From Paracoccaceae bacterium (GTDB taxonomy: Bacteria; Pseudomonadota; Alphaproteobacteria; Rhodobacterales; Rhodobacteraceae), in NCBI GenBank assembly GCA_014323795.1, contig JACONK010000026.1:4475-68474 (forward strand): a DNA stretch of 64,000 nucleotides. Reading direction: 5' to 3'. A program made the translations under genes and the position numbers. Shown one piece after another: positions 1 through 9,034 of the stretch. Positions within the stretch are counted from its first letter, which is position 1. The number at the start of each line of letters is the position of its first letter. The notes under the pieces are model-generated. The model saw nothing but the letters and a program-made list of their open reading frames with translations. It searched no databases and was not told where the DNA came from.

Positions 1-642
1 CACCTCCACGTGTCGTGCGTGCTGAATCATGCGTTCCAGGTATCCCGCGCCGTTGCCAAAGGCACTCTCTGCCTCCCGACGGCCTTCGCGCACCTTCTCC
101 TCCAACTCGCCCTCGTGCATGATCGGGCGCATCCCGCGCCCTCCGCCGCCCCGGCTGGCCTTGAGCATAAGGGGGTAGCCCACCGCGGTGGCCATCCTGC
201 GCACTTCAGCCATGTCGCCGGGCAGAATACCTGTGGCCGGAATAACGGGTACTCCCGCCTCAATCGCCACGCGACGGGCGGAGGCCTTGTCGCCCAGTTT
301 GCGCATTGTCCCGGCCTTTGGGCCAATGAATGTCAGCCCTGCCGACGCACAGGCATCCGCGAAATCCGGGTTCTCTGACAGCAGGCCATAGCCCGGATGT
401 ACTGCGTCACAGCCCGCCATCCGGGCCACGCGCACGATCTCGTCTATCGTCAGATAGGCTTCCACCGGTCCCAGACCTGCGCCGATCCTGTAGGCCTCAT
501 CCGCCTTGAACCGATGCAGCCCGAGCTTGTCCTCTTCCGCATAGACGGCGACAGTGCGCTTGCCCATCTCGTTGGCCGCACGCATCACCCGGATGGCAAT
601 CTCTCCCCGGTTGGCAACAAGGATTTTCCGGAAAATTTTCAT
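1..642 (-). CDS. pyc: Pyruvate carboxylase, N-terminal biotin carboxylase part (runs off window)
   Basis: Manual translation from ATG at 642: MKIFRKILVANRGEIAIRVMRAANEMGKRTVAVYAEEDKLGLHRFKADEAY; GGAGG RBS upstream. Confidence 0.88.
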   Translation of the reverse strand, partial: MKIFRKILVANRGEIAIRVMRAANEMGKRTVAVYAEEDKLGLHRFKADEAYRIGAGLGPVEAYLTIDEIVRVARMAGCDAVHPGYGLLSENPDFADACASAGLTFIGPKAGTMRKLGDKASARRVAIEAGVPVIPATGILPGDMAEVRRMATAVGYPLMLKASRGGGGRGMRPIMHEGELEEKVREGRREAESAFGNGAGYLERMIQHARHVEV

Positions 643-842
643 CTGATGGCCTCCGTGCCGTGGCGATATCAGGGTCTTAGGGCTGTCCTGGCAGCCGGAC
701 AATAAAATTATGTGCTGACGTGCCCGGCAAATTTCCGCGATGCAGCGATCCCTCTTCCAGTGCAAGGTCGGCCCTTAAGACACGCGGGCATATGGGGAAG
801 CTGACATCTTGTCTTGTGAATGCGCAGGGCTATGGTTCCCGC

Positions 843-3446
843 ATGGGTGGCCGGGATGAATCTGAAACCTTGGGGGCAGAGGCTGTGCCGTTGAGCCGGC
901 AGGCCATGGCAGGCCGTGCACCGCCATCATACCTTGACGGGTTGAATGAAGCGCAGCGGGAAGCGGTGGAACAGTTGACAGGCCCTGTTCTGATGCTGGC
1001 CGGGGCGGGTACCGGCAAGACAAGGGCACTGACAACACGCATCGCGCACCTGCTGCAAACCGGTCACGCACGACCTGACGAAATCCTCGCTGTCACTTTC
1101 ACCAACAAGGCCGCACGGGAAATGAAGAACCGTGTCGGGGGGCTTTTGGGCACAATGGTGGAGGGGATGCCCTGGATTGGCACCTTCCATTCGATCTGCG
1201 TCAAAATCCTGCGCCGCCATGCAGGGCTGATTACCGACAAGGCCGGCACACGGCACCTTAAGACCAACTTTACGATCCTCGATACAGATGATCAGCTGCG
1301 GCTTTTAAAACAGCTGATCCAGGCCGCCCATATCGATGAGAGACGCTGGCCTGCCCGGATGCTCGCCCGCCTGATCGAAGGCTGGAAAAACCGCGCATTG
1401 AATCCGGATAAAGTGCCCGCATCCGAGGCGAACGCCTACAGCGACAACGGCCCTGGCCTCTATGAGGCGTATCAGGAACGCCTGGTCACGCTCAATGCCT
1501 GTGATTTTGGCGACCTGCTGTTGCATGTGATCCATATCTTTCAGCACCACCGGGACGTGCGGGCGAATTACCAGGACTGGTTCCGGTTCATCCTTGTCGA
1601 TGAATATCAGGACACGAACGTGGCCCAGTACCTGTGGCTCAGGCGGCTGGCGCAGGGCCACCGAAACATCTGTTGCGTGGGCGATGATGACCAGTCGATC
1701 TACGGCTGGCGCGGGGCGGAGGTGGGCAATATCCTGCGGTTTGAAAAGGATTTTCCCGGCGCAAAGGTCGTGCGGCTGGAACAGAACTATCGCTCCACCC
1801 CCCATATACTGGAGGCCGCGAACGGGATAATCGTGCATAATCGTGAAAGGCTTGGAAAGTCCCTGCAAAGTGTGAGCGACACAGGCCACAAGGTTCAGCT
1901 CATCGGCCATTGGGATGCAGAGGAAGAAGCGCGCTGGGTTGGAGAAAGGATTGAGGATCATCATGCCGGGCGATCCCCGGAAGCCAGGAACAGGTATAAT
2001 CCGCGCCTGCAGGATTTCCGGCAAGAACAGGAGCGGCGTACGAAAGCCGGATTGGGGCCGATCAATCAGCAGGAATTTATCCGGCAATCATTTGAGAGCG
2101 ACCAGGTCTCCCGCGATTTGAAAACCCGGAACCTTGTCACGGAATTGCAGAAAAATGAACCGGAAGAATTGGATATGCGCGCCGCACCGCGGGCTTGTGA
2201 GGTTCAGAAATTCAGTCTCGATGAAATCGCGATCCTTGTGCGTGCCGGCCACCAGATGCGCGCTTTTGAGGATCGTTTCCTGGCCATCGGCCTGCCCTAC
2301 CGCGTGATCGGTGGCCCGCGCTTCTATGAGCGCATGGAAATCCGCGATGCCATGGCCTATTTCCGCGCAGCCGTCAGCCCGGACGACGGCCTGGCGTTTG
2401 AGCGCATCGTCAACACGCCGAAGCGCGGGCTCGGCGACAAGACCCGGCAGATCATCCATATCGCGGCGCGTGAAAACGGCGTCTCCCTGTTGGAAGGGGC
2501 GCGCATCCTCGTGGCTGAGGGCGACCTGGCACCGAAGGTGCGCACGGCTTTGCGGGATCTCTGCGAAGGTTTCGCCCGCTGGCACGGGCTGATCCGCGCA
2601 GACGACCTTGCCCACAAGGAAATCGCCGCGCAAATCCTGGAGGAGTCGGGCTACACCGATTACTGGCAGGAGATGGCCGCCAGGAAGGATATAAAGGCGG
2701 CGGGCAGGCTTGAAAACCTCAAGGAACTTATCGATGCACTGGAGCAATTTGAAAATCTGCAAGGCTTCCTGGAACATGTCAGCCTGATCATGGATAATGA
2801 CACCGAAGATGCCGCGGAAAAGGTGTCGATCATGACGCTGCACGCCGCCAAAGGCCTTGAATTCCCGGTCATCTTCCTTCCGGGGTGGGAGGACGGGCTT
2901 TTCCCCTCGCAACAGTCCATGGATGAAAGAGGTATGGGAGGCGTGGAGGAGGAGCGCAGGCTCGCTTACGTCGGCATCACGCGTGCGGAAGAGTGCTGCA
3001 CCATCAGCTTTGCTGCCAGACGGCGGATTTATGGCCAGTGGCAATCGACCCTGCCTTCCCGGTTCATCGACGAATTGCCCGCCGAACATGTTGAAATGCT
3101 GACTCCCCCGGCCCTTGATCGGGGCGGTTTTGGCACAGCATCTTCTGCCAACACCCTTGCTGGGTCGGATTTGGCAGGGAACGCGTCGCGGGCGGATGTC
3201 TACAATTCACCGGGATGGAGGCGGCTGCAGGCCCGGCTCGGCCCGCACGGGCCCCGCCGGCCGTACGAGGCCGAGAGCGTGATCATCGACAGTGAGGCGG
3301 TGTCATCCCCCGGGCCCGGTGATCGGGTGTTCCACCAGAAATTCGGTTATGGCACGGTGATTGCCATCGAAGGCGACAAACTGGAGGTCGCTTTTGAAAA
3401 GGCAGGGATAAAAAAGGTGCTGGCCGGCTTTGTGACGTCCCCGTAA
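843..3446 (+). CDS. uvrD: ATP-dependent DNA helicase UvrD/PcrA family, with a ~70-aa internal insertion
   Basis: AGAGTGKT, LVDEYQD, LEQNYRS, TLHAAKGLEF, EERRLAYVGITRA motifs; start at 843 chosen from recalled homolog N-termini (ORF track starts at 720). Confidence 0.93.
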   Translation: MGGRDESETLGAEAVPLSRQAMAGRAPPSYLDGLNEAQREAVEQLTGPVLMLAGAGTGKTRALTTRIAHLLQTGHARPDEILAVTFTNKAAREMKNRVGGLLGTMVEGMPWIGTFHSICVKILRRHAGLITDKAGTRHLKTNFTILDTDDQLRLLKQLIQAAHIDERRWPARMLARLIEGWKNRALNPDKVPASEANAYSDNGPGLYEAYQERLVTLNACDFGDLLLHVIHIFQHHRDVRANYQDWFRFILVDEYQDTNVAQYLWLRRLAQGHRNICCVGDDDQSIYGWRGAEVGNILRFEKDFPGAKVVRLEQNYRSTPHILEAANGIIVHNRERLGKSLQSVSDTGHKVQLIGHWDAEEEARWVGERIEDHHAGRSPEARNRYNPRLQDFRQEQERRTKAGLGPINQQEFIRQSFESDQVSRDLKTRNLVTELQKNEPEELDMRAAPRACEVQKFSLDEIAILVRAGHQMRAFEDRFLAIGLPYRVIGGPRFYERMEIRDAMAYFRAAVSPDDGLAFERIVNTPKRGLGDKTRQIIHIAARENGVSLLEGARILVAEGDLAPKVRTALRDLCEGFARWHGLIRADDLAHKEIAAQILEESGYTDYWQEMAARKDIKAAGRLENLKELIDALEQFENLQGFLEHVSLIMDNDTEDAAEKVSIMTLHAAKGLEFPVIFLPGWEDGLFPSQQSMDERGMGGVEEERRLAYVGITRAEECCTISFAARRRIYGQWQSTLPSRFIDELPAEHVEMLTPPALDRGGFGTASSANTLAGSDLAGNASRADVYNSPGWRRLQARLGPHGPRRPYEAESVIIDSEAVSSPGPGDRVFHQKFGYGTVIAIEGDKLEVAFEKAGIKKVLAGFVTSP

Positions 3447-3473
3447 GACAAACCGTTCCGGTCAAAAATGTAA

Positions 3474-3496
3474 AACGGCACCCGAAGGGTGCCGTT
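3474..3496. terminator. Hairpin terminator between convergent uvrD and DUF1127 genes
   Basis: AACGGCACCC-GAA-GGGTGCCGTT perfect 10-bp stem; T-rich tail on the minus strand. Confidence 0.75.
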
Positions 3497-3518
3497 CCAG
3501 GCAAACTGGTGCTTCAGA

Positions 3519-3734
3519 TCAGGCCGATTCGGCGGCTTGTCTGGAGACACGCTTGATATCGTGGCGCGCAATGCCCAGGTCCCGCAGTTCCCGGTCAGAC
3601 AGGCGCGACAGTTCTTTCACTGTGGTGAGGTAGATGCGGCGTTGCCTTATGTAGGCGACCAGGGCAGTAAGTACATTCGAAAAAACTGCGGTCACTGTGG
3701 CGCGTTGTGTTGAGCTGGTGTTCAGGATTGACAT
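3519..3734 (-). CDS. DUF1127 (YjiS-like) small protein
   Basis: RQRR...ELSRLSDRELRDLGIARHDI signature; GAGGA RBS. Confidence 0.9.
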   Translation of the reverse strand: MSILNTSSTQRATVTAVFSNVLTALVAYIRQRRIYLTTVKELSRLSDRELRDLGIARHDIKRVSRQAAESA

Positions 3735-3782
3735 TGGATTATCCTCTTGAAAGTTGGTTTTCCGTGTTCATCGGATATCCTG

Positions 3783-3847
3783 AAGATAGGCAAACCCCCG
3801 GTCAGATGTAGGTATATTTCGGCATTTCTGTTATGCGTCTGACGCAT
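3783..3847 (-). promoter_or_regulatory. Putative DUF1127 promoter: LysR-type dyad ATGC-N7-GCAT (3833-3847) and -10-like CCTATCTT (3790-3783)
   Basis: T-N11-A dyad; same two elements at nearly the same spacing recur at 4020-4085. Confidence 0.6.
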
Positions 3848-3875
3848 GTCTGTCGCGGGCAGGTTTCCACGATTC

Positions 3876-4013
3876 AAAAGAAAAGCGGTAGTGCAGGGAG
3901 GGTGCACTACCGCTTCAATCAATCAGATACGCATGTGGGAGGAAGTAAGCGCAGCTGATTTTCAGCCACTGTGGCGGATCATCCTGGTACGTCGGATGAT
4001 CCGTGGCTTTCCT
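3876..4013 (-). ncRNA. Candidate trans-acting sRNA: three hairpins, anti-SD loops (CUUCCUCCC, CCCUCCC), intrinsic terminator
   Basis: Stems at 3964-4008, 3921-3960 and a perfect 13-bp stem 3883-3915 followed by UUUUCUUUU; upstream promoter-like elements. Confidence 0.6.
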
Positions 4014-4019
4014 GAACCC

Positions 4020-4089
4020 AAGATAGGATTGCCGCGCTGCAGCAACAATCGCAAAGGTCACAAGTCAGATATGCGTTAAAAGCATATCT
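4020..4089 (-). promoter_or_regulatory. Putative sRNA promoter: dyad AGATATGC-N7-GCATATCT (4067-4089), TTGTTG-17-TATCTT
   Basis: 8-bp perfect dyad centred ~65 bp upstream of the inferred start; -10 CCTATCTT at 4027-4020. Confidence 0.55.
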
Positions 4090-4124
4090 CTTTCGGGCAA
4101 TTCCAATTGGGTTCGGCGCAGTTT

Positions 4125-4808
4125 TCAGATCGGTTTGCCGATCAGAAATGCCCGGGCCGCGGCACTGACCGGGCCTTCAAAGAAAGCGGCTGCCGGGGCA
4201 CTGTCGCACAACTGGCCTTTTGAGAAAAACAGAATTTGGTGTGCGATCCGGCAGGCCAGTGCAAGGTCGTGGGTGGACATCAGAATCGGCACCCGCATGC
4301 TGCAGGAGACGATGGCAGCCTCGATCTTTGCCGCGCTGGCCGGATCGAGCCCGGCAAAGGGTTCATCAAGGATCAGGACTTGTGGTTCGGTCACCAGGGC
4401 CCGTGCGAACGCCATGCGCCGCATCTCGCCGCCGGACAGGGTGGCGGCCGGGCTTTGTGCCTTGTGGGCAAGCTGCATATCGGCCAGCACCCCGTCGATC
4501 AGGTTCGAATCAGGGTGCGTCAGCGGATAGGCCACATTGGCCCGCACCGTGCGCCGCAGAACCACTGTCTGCTGATGCATATAGCTGCGGGTCGATTTGT
4601 TGGCCACAGCCGGCACCCCGTCCCATGTGACTGTTCCGGTTTCCGGCCGGGCAATCCCGTGGGCAAGCGCCAGGAACAGTGATTTTCCCGCCCCGTTGGG
4701 CCCCAGGATGCAGGTGATGCCGGACAGCGTGGCCTCATGACGGATCGGCCCCAGAAACGGTTGACCTTCCACAGCCAGTGCCGCGTCGGAAACCGAAAAG
4801 ACCGGCAT
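4125..4808 (-). CDS. tupC: Tungstate-type ABC transporter ATP-binding subunit
   Basis: GPNGAGKS, LSGGE, LILDEP; TGATG overlap with the upstream permease stop. Confidence 0.75.
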   Translation of the reverse strand: MPVFSVSDAALAVEGQPFLGPIRHEATLSGITCILGPNGAGKSLFLALAHGIARPETGTVTWDGVPAVANKSTRSYMHQQTVVLRRTVRANVAYPLTHPDSNLIDGVLADMQLAHKAQSPAATLSGGEMRRMAFARALVTEPQVLILDEPFAGLDPASAAKIEAAIVSCSMRVPILMSTHDLALACRIAHQILFFSKGQLCDSAPAAAFFEGPVSAAARAFLIGKPI

Positions 4809-5506
4809 CAACGGGTCACCTGATAGCATTCGCCCAGTCGGGATATCTTGTGGGTGATTGCGTTCACCGCAATCGAGATGGTGACAAGGATCAGCCCCAG
4901 CGCGAGTGCGAGCGTCAGATTGCCCCTGGACGTCTCCAGCGCGATTGTTGTCGTCATCACACGCGTCTGCCCGTTGATGTTGCCGCCCACGATGATGACC
5001 GCGCCAACCTCCGCCAGTGCGCGGCCAAAGCCTGCCAGCAGGGCGATGGAGACGGCAAAACGGGCATCCCGGATCAGGGTGCGCACCTGCTTGCCCCGCG
5101 ATGTATCGAGTGCTGCGAAAAGCGGCTTGTATTCGCGGGCAAGGGGCGCAATCGCCTGATGGGTCAGCGACAGGATAATCGGAAAGACGAGGATTGTCTG
5201 CGCAATCACCATGGCTGTCGGTGTGAACAGCAGCCCAAAACTGCCGAGCGGCCCGGCACGGGATAACAGCAGGTAGACCGCCAGCCCCACCACCACCGGA
5301 GGCAGTGCCATCATGGCGGTGCCCAAAACCAAAAGCACCCGATGCCCGGGGCAGCGCGTGATCGCAAGAAGGGTGCCAAGAGGTGTGGCCAAAAGGGCGG
5401 ACAGGACAGTTGCGCTACATGAGACGAACAGGCTCAGCCGCACGATCCGCGCAAGTTCCGCATCGCCTGAAAAGATCAGCCCCAAGGCCGTTGCAAGAAT
5501 TTCCAT
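4808..5506 (-). CDS. tupB: Tungstate-type ABC transporter permease
   Basis: MALPPVVVGL, FGRALAEVGAVIIVGGNI, TRVMTTTIALETSRG motifs. Confidence 0.85.
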   Translation of the reverse strand: MEILATALGLIFSGDAELARIVRLSLFVSCSATVLSALLATPLGTLLAITRCPGHRVLLVLGTAMMALPPVVVGLAVYLLLSRAGPLGSFGLLFTPTAMVIAQTILVFPIILSLTHQAIAPLAREYKPLFAALDTSRGKQVRTLIRDARFAVSIALLAGFGRALAEVGAVIIVGGNINGQTRVMTTTIALETSRGNLTLALALGLILVTISIAVNAITHKISRLGECYQVTR

Positions 5507-5597
5507 GCGCCGTGACCTTGCCCTTTCCGGCGATCATACAAAGTATTGGTGCGCAAGCGCACAAACGCAAGAGAACAAATGATGAGGATGCAATAGC

Positions 5598-6677
5598 GTG
5601 GCAATCACAGAGGAAGCGGTAAAACAGGCACTGGCGATGCTGAAACTGCCTGACGGGCGCGACATCGTCAGTGCTGATGTCATACGCGCCCTGTCGATTG
5701 ATGGCGGCTCTGTCCGCTTTGTACTGGAGGTGCCCCCGAAACTCGGCCCGCATCTGGAACCTGTCCGTAAGGCGGCTGAAAAGATCGTGGAAGACCTCGA
5801 CGGGGTGGATAATGCCCGCGTCCTTCTTACTGCCCATTCTGAACTGCCCAAAACACCTCCGAAGAAGGCACCACCCGATTTGCGGATCGGCGGCCATCCG
5901 CACCCGGCGGCAAACAGGGCACCGATTGCAGGGGTGAAACGCATCATCGCGATCGCCAGCGGCAAGGGGGGCGTGGGTAAATCAACGGTTTCCTCAAACC
6001 TCGCTGTTGCCCTCGCGCGGGCGGGCGTACGCGTGGGGCTGCTTGATGCAGATATCTACGGGCCCTCGCAGCCGCGCATGATGGGTGTGTCTGCACGTCC
6101 GGCCTCCCCTGATGGCAAGACGATTATTCCCCTCAAATCTCACGGGGTGACCATGATGTCCATTGGCCTGATGCTGGAGGAAGACCAGGCGGTTGTCTGG
6201 CGCGGGCCCATGCTGATGGGTGCCCTGCAGCAGATGCTGGGCCAGGTGCAGTGGGGTGTGCTCGATGTGCTGCTCGTGGACCTGCCGCCCGGCACCGGTG
6301 ACGTGCAACTGACGCTGAGCCAGAAGGCGGAGGTGACAGGTGCCATCGTGGTATCCACACCGCAGGATATCGCTCTTCTTGACGTGCGCAAGGCACTCGA
6401 TATGTTTGCCAAAACCGGGGTGCCGATCATCGGGATGATCGAAAACATGTCAACATTCTGCTGCCCCAAATGCGGACACGAGGAACCGCTGTTCGGCCAC
6501 GGCGGTGCCAGGGCGGAGGCGGCGCGTCTGGGCATCGGATTCCTGGGCGAAATTCCCCTTAGCCTGGACATCCGGGTCGCCGGCGATAGCGGCAAACCCA
6601 TCGCGCTGACGGATCGTCCGCCGGGGCAGGCCTATGCAGTGATCACGCAGGATCTGATCGCCAAGGGCCTTGTATGA
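5598..6677 (+). CDS. mrp: Mrp/NBP35 Fe-S cluster carrier ATPase (ApbC)
   Basis: [37 protein letters not shown]. Confidence 0.93.
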   Translation: MAITEEAVKQALAMLKLPDGRDIVSADVIRALSIDGGSVRFVLEVPPKLGPHLEPVRKAAEKIVEDLDGVDNARVLLTAHSELPKTPPKKAPPDLRIGGHPHPAANRAPIAGVKRIIAIASGKGGVGKSTVSSNLAVALARAGVRVGLLDADIYGPSQPRMMGVSARPASPDGKTIIPLKSHGVTMMSIGLMLEEDQAVVWRGPMLMGALQQMLGQVQWGVLDVLLVDLPPGTGDVQLTLSQKAEVTGAIVVSTPQDIALLDVRKALDMFAKTGVPIIGMIENMSTFCCPKCGHEEPLFGHGGARAEAARLGIGFLGEIPLSLDIRVAGDSGKPIALTDRPPGQAYAVITQDLIAKGLV

Positions 6678-7474
6678 TTGACATTGATGCGGTCCGGCCT
6701 TTCGGCGCAGGTGTTGCCTTTGGCCAGACAGCCAGCGATTATGCCGCACACCGTGCAGGGTTTCCGGTGCAATTCTTCAAGGCACTGACAGATCGTGGCC
6801 TGTTGGCACCTGGCATGAAGGTGCTTGATATCGGCACGGGTACGGGCACCATTGCCCGCCGCCTGGCACAAGCTGGCGCGGTGGTTTCTGCCGTTGATCC
6901 TGCGGCAGAACTGATGGCGGCTGCGGCGAAACAGGACGCTGAGGTCGGCGTGACTGTGCGCTACAGGCAGGCATCGGCAGAAACACTGCCGTTTGCGCAG
7001 GGCACCTTCGACCTCGCCGTTGCCGGGCAGTGCTGGCACTGGTTTGATCGCCCCCGTGCGGCGGCCGAACTTGCCCGGGTACTGAAATCAGGTGGTACAG
7101 GGGTGATCGCTCATTTCGACTGGCTGCCCCTGCTTGGATCGGTGGCGGAGGCGACCGAATCGCTGATCCTTGCCCATAATCCGAACTGGGTCATGGCGGG
7201 CGGCACCGGTATCTATCCGCTTTGGCCCGGCGATCTGACAGGCGCAGGGCTGACGGGGGTGGAGACATTCTCGTTCGACGTCGTACACCCTTACACTCAT
7301 ATCGCCTGGCGCGGGCGGATAAGGGCCAGTGCCGGGGTGGCCGCCAGCCTGGATGCGGCCGGTGTTGCAGCCTTTGACGCAGCCCTTGCGAAGATGCTTG
7401 AAACCCGTTTCCCTGCCGACCCCCTGCAGGTGCCGCACCGGGTCTGGGCGGTGCGTGCCGGAAAACCTGAATGA
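6674..7474 (+). CDS. Class I SAM-dependent methyltransferase
   Basis: VLDIGTGTG motif [15 protein letters not shown]; ATGA overlap with mrp. Confidence 0.85.
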   Translation: MIDIDAVRPFGAGVAFGQTASDYAAHRAGFPVQFFKALTDRGLLAPGMKVLDIGTGTGTIARRLAQAGAVVSAVDPAAELMAAAAKQDAEVGVTVRYRQASAETLPFAQGTFDLAVAGQCWHWFDRPRAAAELARVLKSGGTGVIAHFDWLPLLGSVAEATESLILAHNPNWVMAGGTGIYPLWPGDLTGAGLTGVETFSFDVVHPYTHIAWRGRIRASAGVAASLDAAGVAAFDAALAKMLETRFPADPLQVPHRVWAVRAGKPE

Positions 7475-7499
7475 ACGCATTCCCGCACACCAAAACGGG

Positions 7500-7527
7500 T
7501 TGACAGCAGCTGCCATGCCGGTAGAAG
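7500..7527 (+). promoter_or_regulatory. sigma70-like promoter of rpmG
   Basis: TTGACA-16-TAGAAG about 50 bp upstream of the start. Confidence 0.5.
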
Positions 7528-7578
7528 GCCGGCTTCAGGATTTCTGAACCAGTGGCCCATCGGCCAGGGAGACAGTAT

Positions 7579-7746
7579 ATGGCAAAGCCAACCACGATGA
7601 AAATCCGCCTGAACTCCACCGCCGGAACCGGGCATTTCTACGTAACCAGGAAGAACGTGCGCACGATGACCGGGAAAATGTCCGCACGAAAGTACGACCC
7701 GGTGGCCCGCAAGCATGTGGAATACAGGGAAGGCAAGATCAAATAA
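7579..7746 (+). CDS. rpmG: 50S ribosomal protein L33
   Basis: [26 protein letters not shown]...[18 protein letters not shown]. Confidence 0.97.
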   Translation: MAKPTTMKIRLNSTAGTGHFYVTRKNVRTMTGKMSARKYDPVARKHVEYREGKIK

Positions 7747-7857
7747 GGCTACCCTGCCCGCGGGTTCACGGGCACCGCCGTCCGGGCGGCCTTCTGTATC
7801 ATGCCCCGGGTGTTCTGCCAGGACAGGCCCGGGTTTGACAGAAGCCGGCCCTGCACA

Positions 7858-8530
7858 GGCGATGGCACGAACAGCATCTGTCTGCGGGACATCCCTCCGC
7901 AGCTCGTGTATGAATCGGACTTCATCTTCGCCTGAACCCTCGCAGGCTGAAATACACTCGGGGGCCATGCCGAAGGCGAGACACCCTCACGCACATCGAA
8001 AACCTGATTGGCACCGCGCAGGGCGATACGCTGACAGGCGATGACAAGGCGAACACCCTGGAAGGCGGTGCTGGCAACGATACGCTGAACGGCGGCGGTG
8101 GTGGTGACCTTCTGGACGGCGGTGCCGGGGATGACATACTGCGCGGCCAGGACGAAGCGGATGAGCTGGTCGGCGGTGATGGCAAGGACAGGCTGACCGG
8201 CCTGGGCGGCAATGATACCCTGACAGGCGGTGCGGGCCAGGACACGTTCATCTTCGATTCGGACGGCACCCACGACACCATGACCGTCTTTAAACCGGGG
8301 ATGGATAAAATCAGGTTCGCTGTTGATTATGTACGTGGGCAGGTGACCGAAGAAGACGGCGTTGCGATGATCATCTGGAATACCGCTTATCCGTCCGAAG
8401 GAGGGGAATTAAACAACAAGGTCACGCTTGAAGGCTTCACCGCCAAAAAAAGGCGCGAACGGTTCTGATCTCGAATTTGATTTGACAACAGGAAAATATC
8501 TGGTTCTAAATGAATCTATAGAAATGGCCT
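7858..8530 (+). pseudogene. Fragmented RTX/hemolysin-type Ca-binding repeat protein (type I secretion substrate) remnant
   Basis: GGHAEG|DTLTHIENLIGT and multiple GGxGxDxL nonapeptides in a frame with no start codon; C-terminal-type ...YESDFIFA* tip at 7858-7935; GA duplication at 7978-7981; A7 run at 8445-8451. Confidence 0.8.
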
Positions 8531-8648
8531 GACAAGCCCCGCCTCGGGCAGAAAGATGCGCATCCGGCCTGCGCCCTAATATATCCGGGGCCTGCCACAA
8601 GGGCCGGATACGGGGGCACCACCGCACGTATCGGGCACTAATCGGGCT

Positions 8649-8663
8649 TTAAATGCCGCTTAA
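8649..8663. promoter_or_regulatory. CtrA-box-like site
   Basis: TTAA-ATGCCGC-TTAA, exact TTAA-N7-TTAA in GC-rich intergenic DNA; no adjacent obvious target. Confidence 0.35.
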
Positions 8664-9034
8664 ACCGGTCTTTCTTTCACGGCACACGCCCATGCAAAAT
8701 CATTCCGCATCGGCAGACCTGATTACCACCCCACCAATATGCGCCGGGGATATCCTTGATTAACTGCTCCACACCCGATACAATCATGTAAGCTATGCCG
8801 ATGATTCGCGATCATGGTGTCCGGCGCAGACGCCTGCGCCAACGGATTCACAAAAATTTTCGCGGCGTTCAGCGTGATGAACCGGACGGTGGATGCGCTT
8901 GTGGCCCGCACAGGCCCTGACCCGCCGGCTTGTGCCGGTTGCGCACAAAACCGGATAGACGCCGGGGCCACAATCATCGGCAGCCGCCGCAAGGCCGGCC
9001 CGGCCCATAGCGCGAACCTGAAACGGAGGCCTGC

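Noticed and set aside
1956-2213. UvrD insertion as an intein
   Set aside because: No N-terminal Cys/Ser/Ala block and no His-Asn/Gln before a C/S/T; too short for a splicing domain.
3447-3518. CcsR/cuckoo repeats downstream of DUF1127
   Set aside because: Only a terminator hairpin is present, with no CCUCCUCCC loops.
4502-4511. tRNA T-loop-like GGTTCGAATC
   Set aside because: Inside tupC; no cloverleaf around it.
8628-8643. GTATCGGGC(A)CTAATC shared with 54037-54052 as a dispersed repeat
   Set aside because: About 15 bp with an indel and only two copies; compatible with chance.
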